Shown in pieces: positions 63,333 through 64,000 of a DNA stretch of 64,000 bases (position 1 is the stretch's first letter; every line of letters starts with the position of its first letter). Source of the stretch: Chiloscyllium plagiosum (Eukaryota); the NCBI RefSeq assembly GCF_004010195.1, contig NC_057719.1, forward strand, positions 23,670,313-23,734,312, given 5' to 3'. The notes beneath the pieces were generated by a model. That model had not been told where the DNA came from and did not search any database. It was given only the letters and a program-made list of their open reading frames with translations. Both the position numbers and the translations under genes were made by a program.

Positions 63333-64000
63333 AAGCTTTAGCGGATAGGATTAACAAAACCCCTAAGACATTATACACTTATGTGAAGAACAAGAGGGTG
63401 GTCAGAGTGAGGGTAGGGCCAATCAGGGATAGGGGAGGGAACTTGTGCCTGGAGTCGAAGTAAGTAGAGGAGGTCCTTAATGAATACTTTGCTCTAGTAT
63501 TCACTAGAGAGAGGGACCTTATCATTTGTGAGGACAGAGTGAAACAGAGGTGCTAGAACAGGTTGATGTGAGGAAGGTGGATGTGTTGAAAATTTTGAAA
63601 AGCATAAGGATAGATAAATACCCCGGGCTAGGTGGCATATACCCCAGGATACTACAGGAAGCAAGGGAAGAGATTGCTGTGCCATTGGCAATGATGTTTG
63701 CATCCACTCTGTCCACTGGAGAGATAATTTGAGGTGGCAAATATTGTTCCCTTTTTTAAGAAAGGGAACAGAGATAAACCTGGGAATTACAGACCAGTCA
63801 ATCTTATCAGTGATGGGCAAATAATATTGGCCAGGATTCTGAGAGACAGGATTTATGATTACTTGCAAAACCAGTTTGATTAGAAATAGTCAGCATGGCT
63901 TTGTGAGGGGCAGGTCATGCCTCACAAACCTTATTGAATTCTTTGAGGAGGTGACAAAACACATTGGTGAAGGTAGAGCAGTGGATATGGTGTATATGGA
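63333..64000 (+). mobile_element. CR1 LINE running off the window end, same subfamily as 10619-12926
   Basis: aagctttagcggataggattaacaaaac... aligns to 11161 onward; GPIRDRGGNLCLES, PGLGGIYPRIL. Confidence 0.93.

Overview
Eukaryotic, AT-rich, CpG-depleted vertebrate DNA, almost certainly from a cartilaginous fish (shark). This is inferred from the many HE1-type V-SINEs and their CR1 partner LINEs. The window is intergenic or intronic. I recognise no intact host protein-coding gene, rRNA, true tRNA or CRISPR array. Roughly half or more of it is a layered graveyard of transposons: several CR1-clade LINE families, L2 and Rex1/Babar LINEs, four tRNA-derived SINE families, solo LTRs, PIF/Harbinger DNA transposons (DDE and Myb/SANT remnants) and Penelope-like elements (PLEs). 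Most long ORFs in the track are broken LINE reverse transcriptase or antisense SINE noise. The most interesting signal is a set of short non-autonomous PLE derivatives carrying minimal hammerhead-ribozyme cores (CTGANGA-A-stem II-GAAA-palindromic stem III-UH). They occur as monomers and as fold-back palindromes with 78-90 bp arms, flanked by 8-16 bp target-site duplications. A few isolated exon-like segments with good splice signals occur in the unique DNA, but I cannot assign them to a gene. Boundaries of old elements are approximate, and family names come from motif recognition, not a database search.
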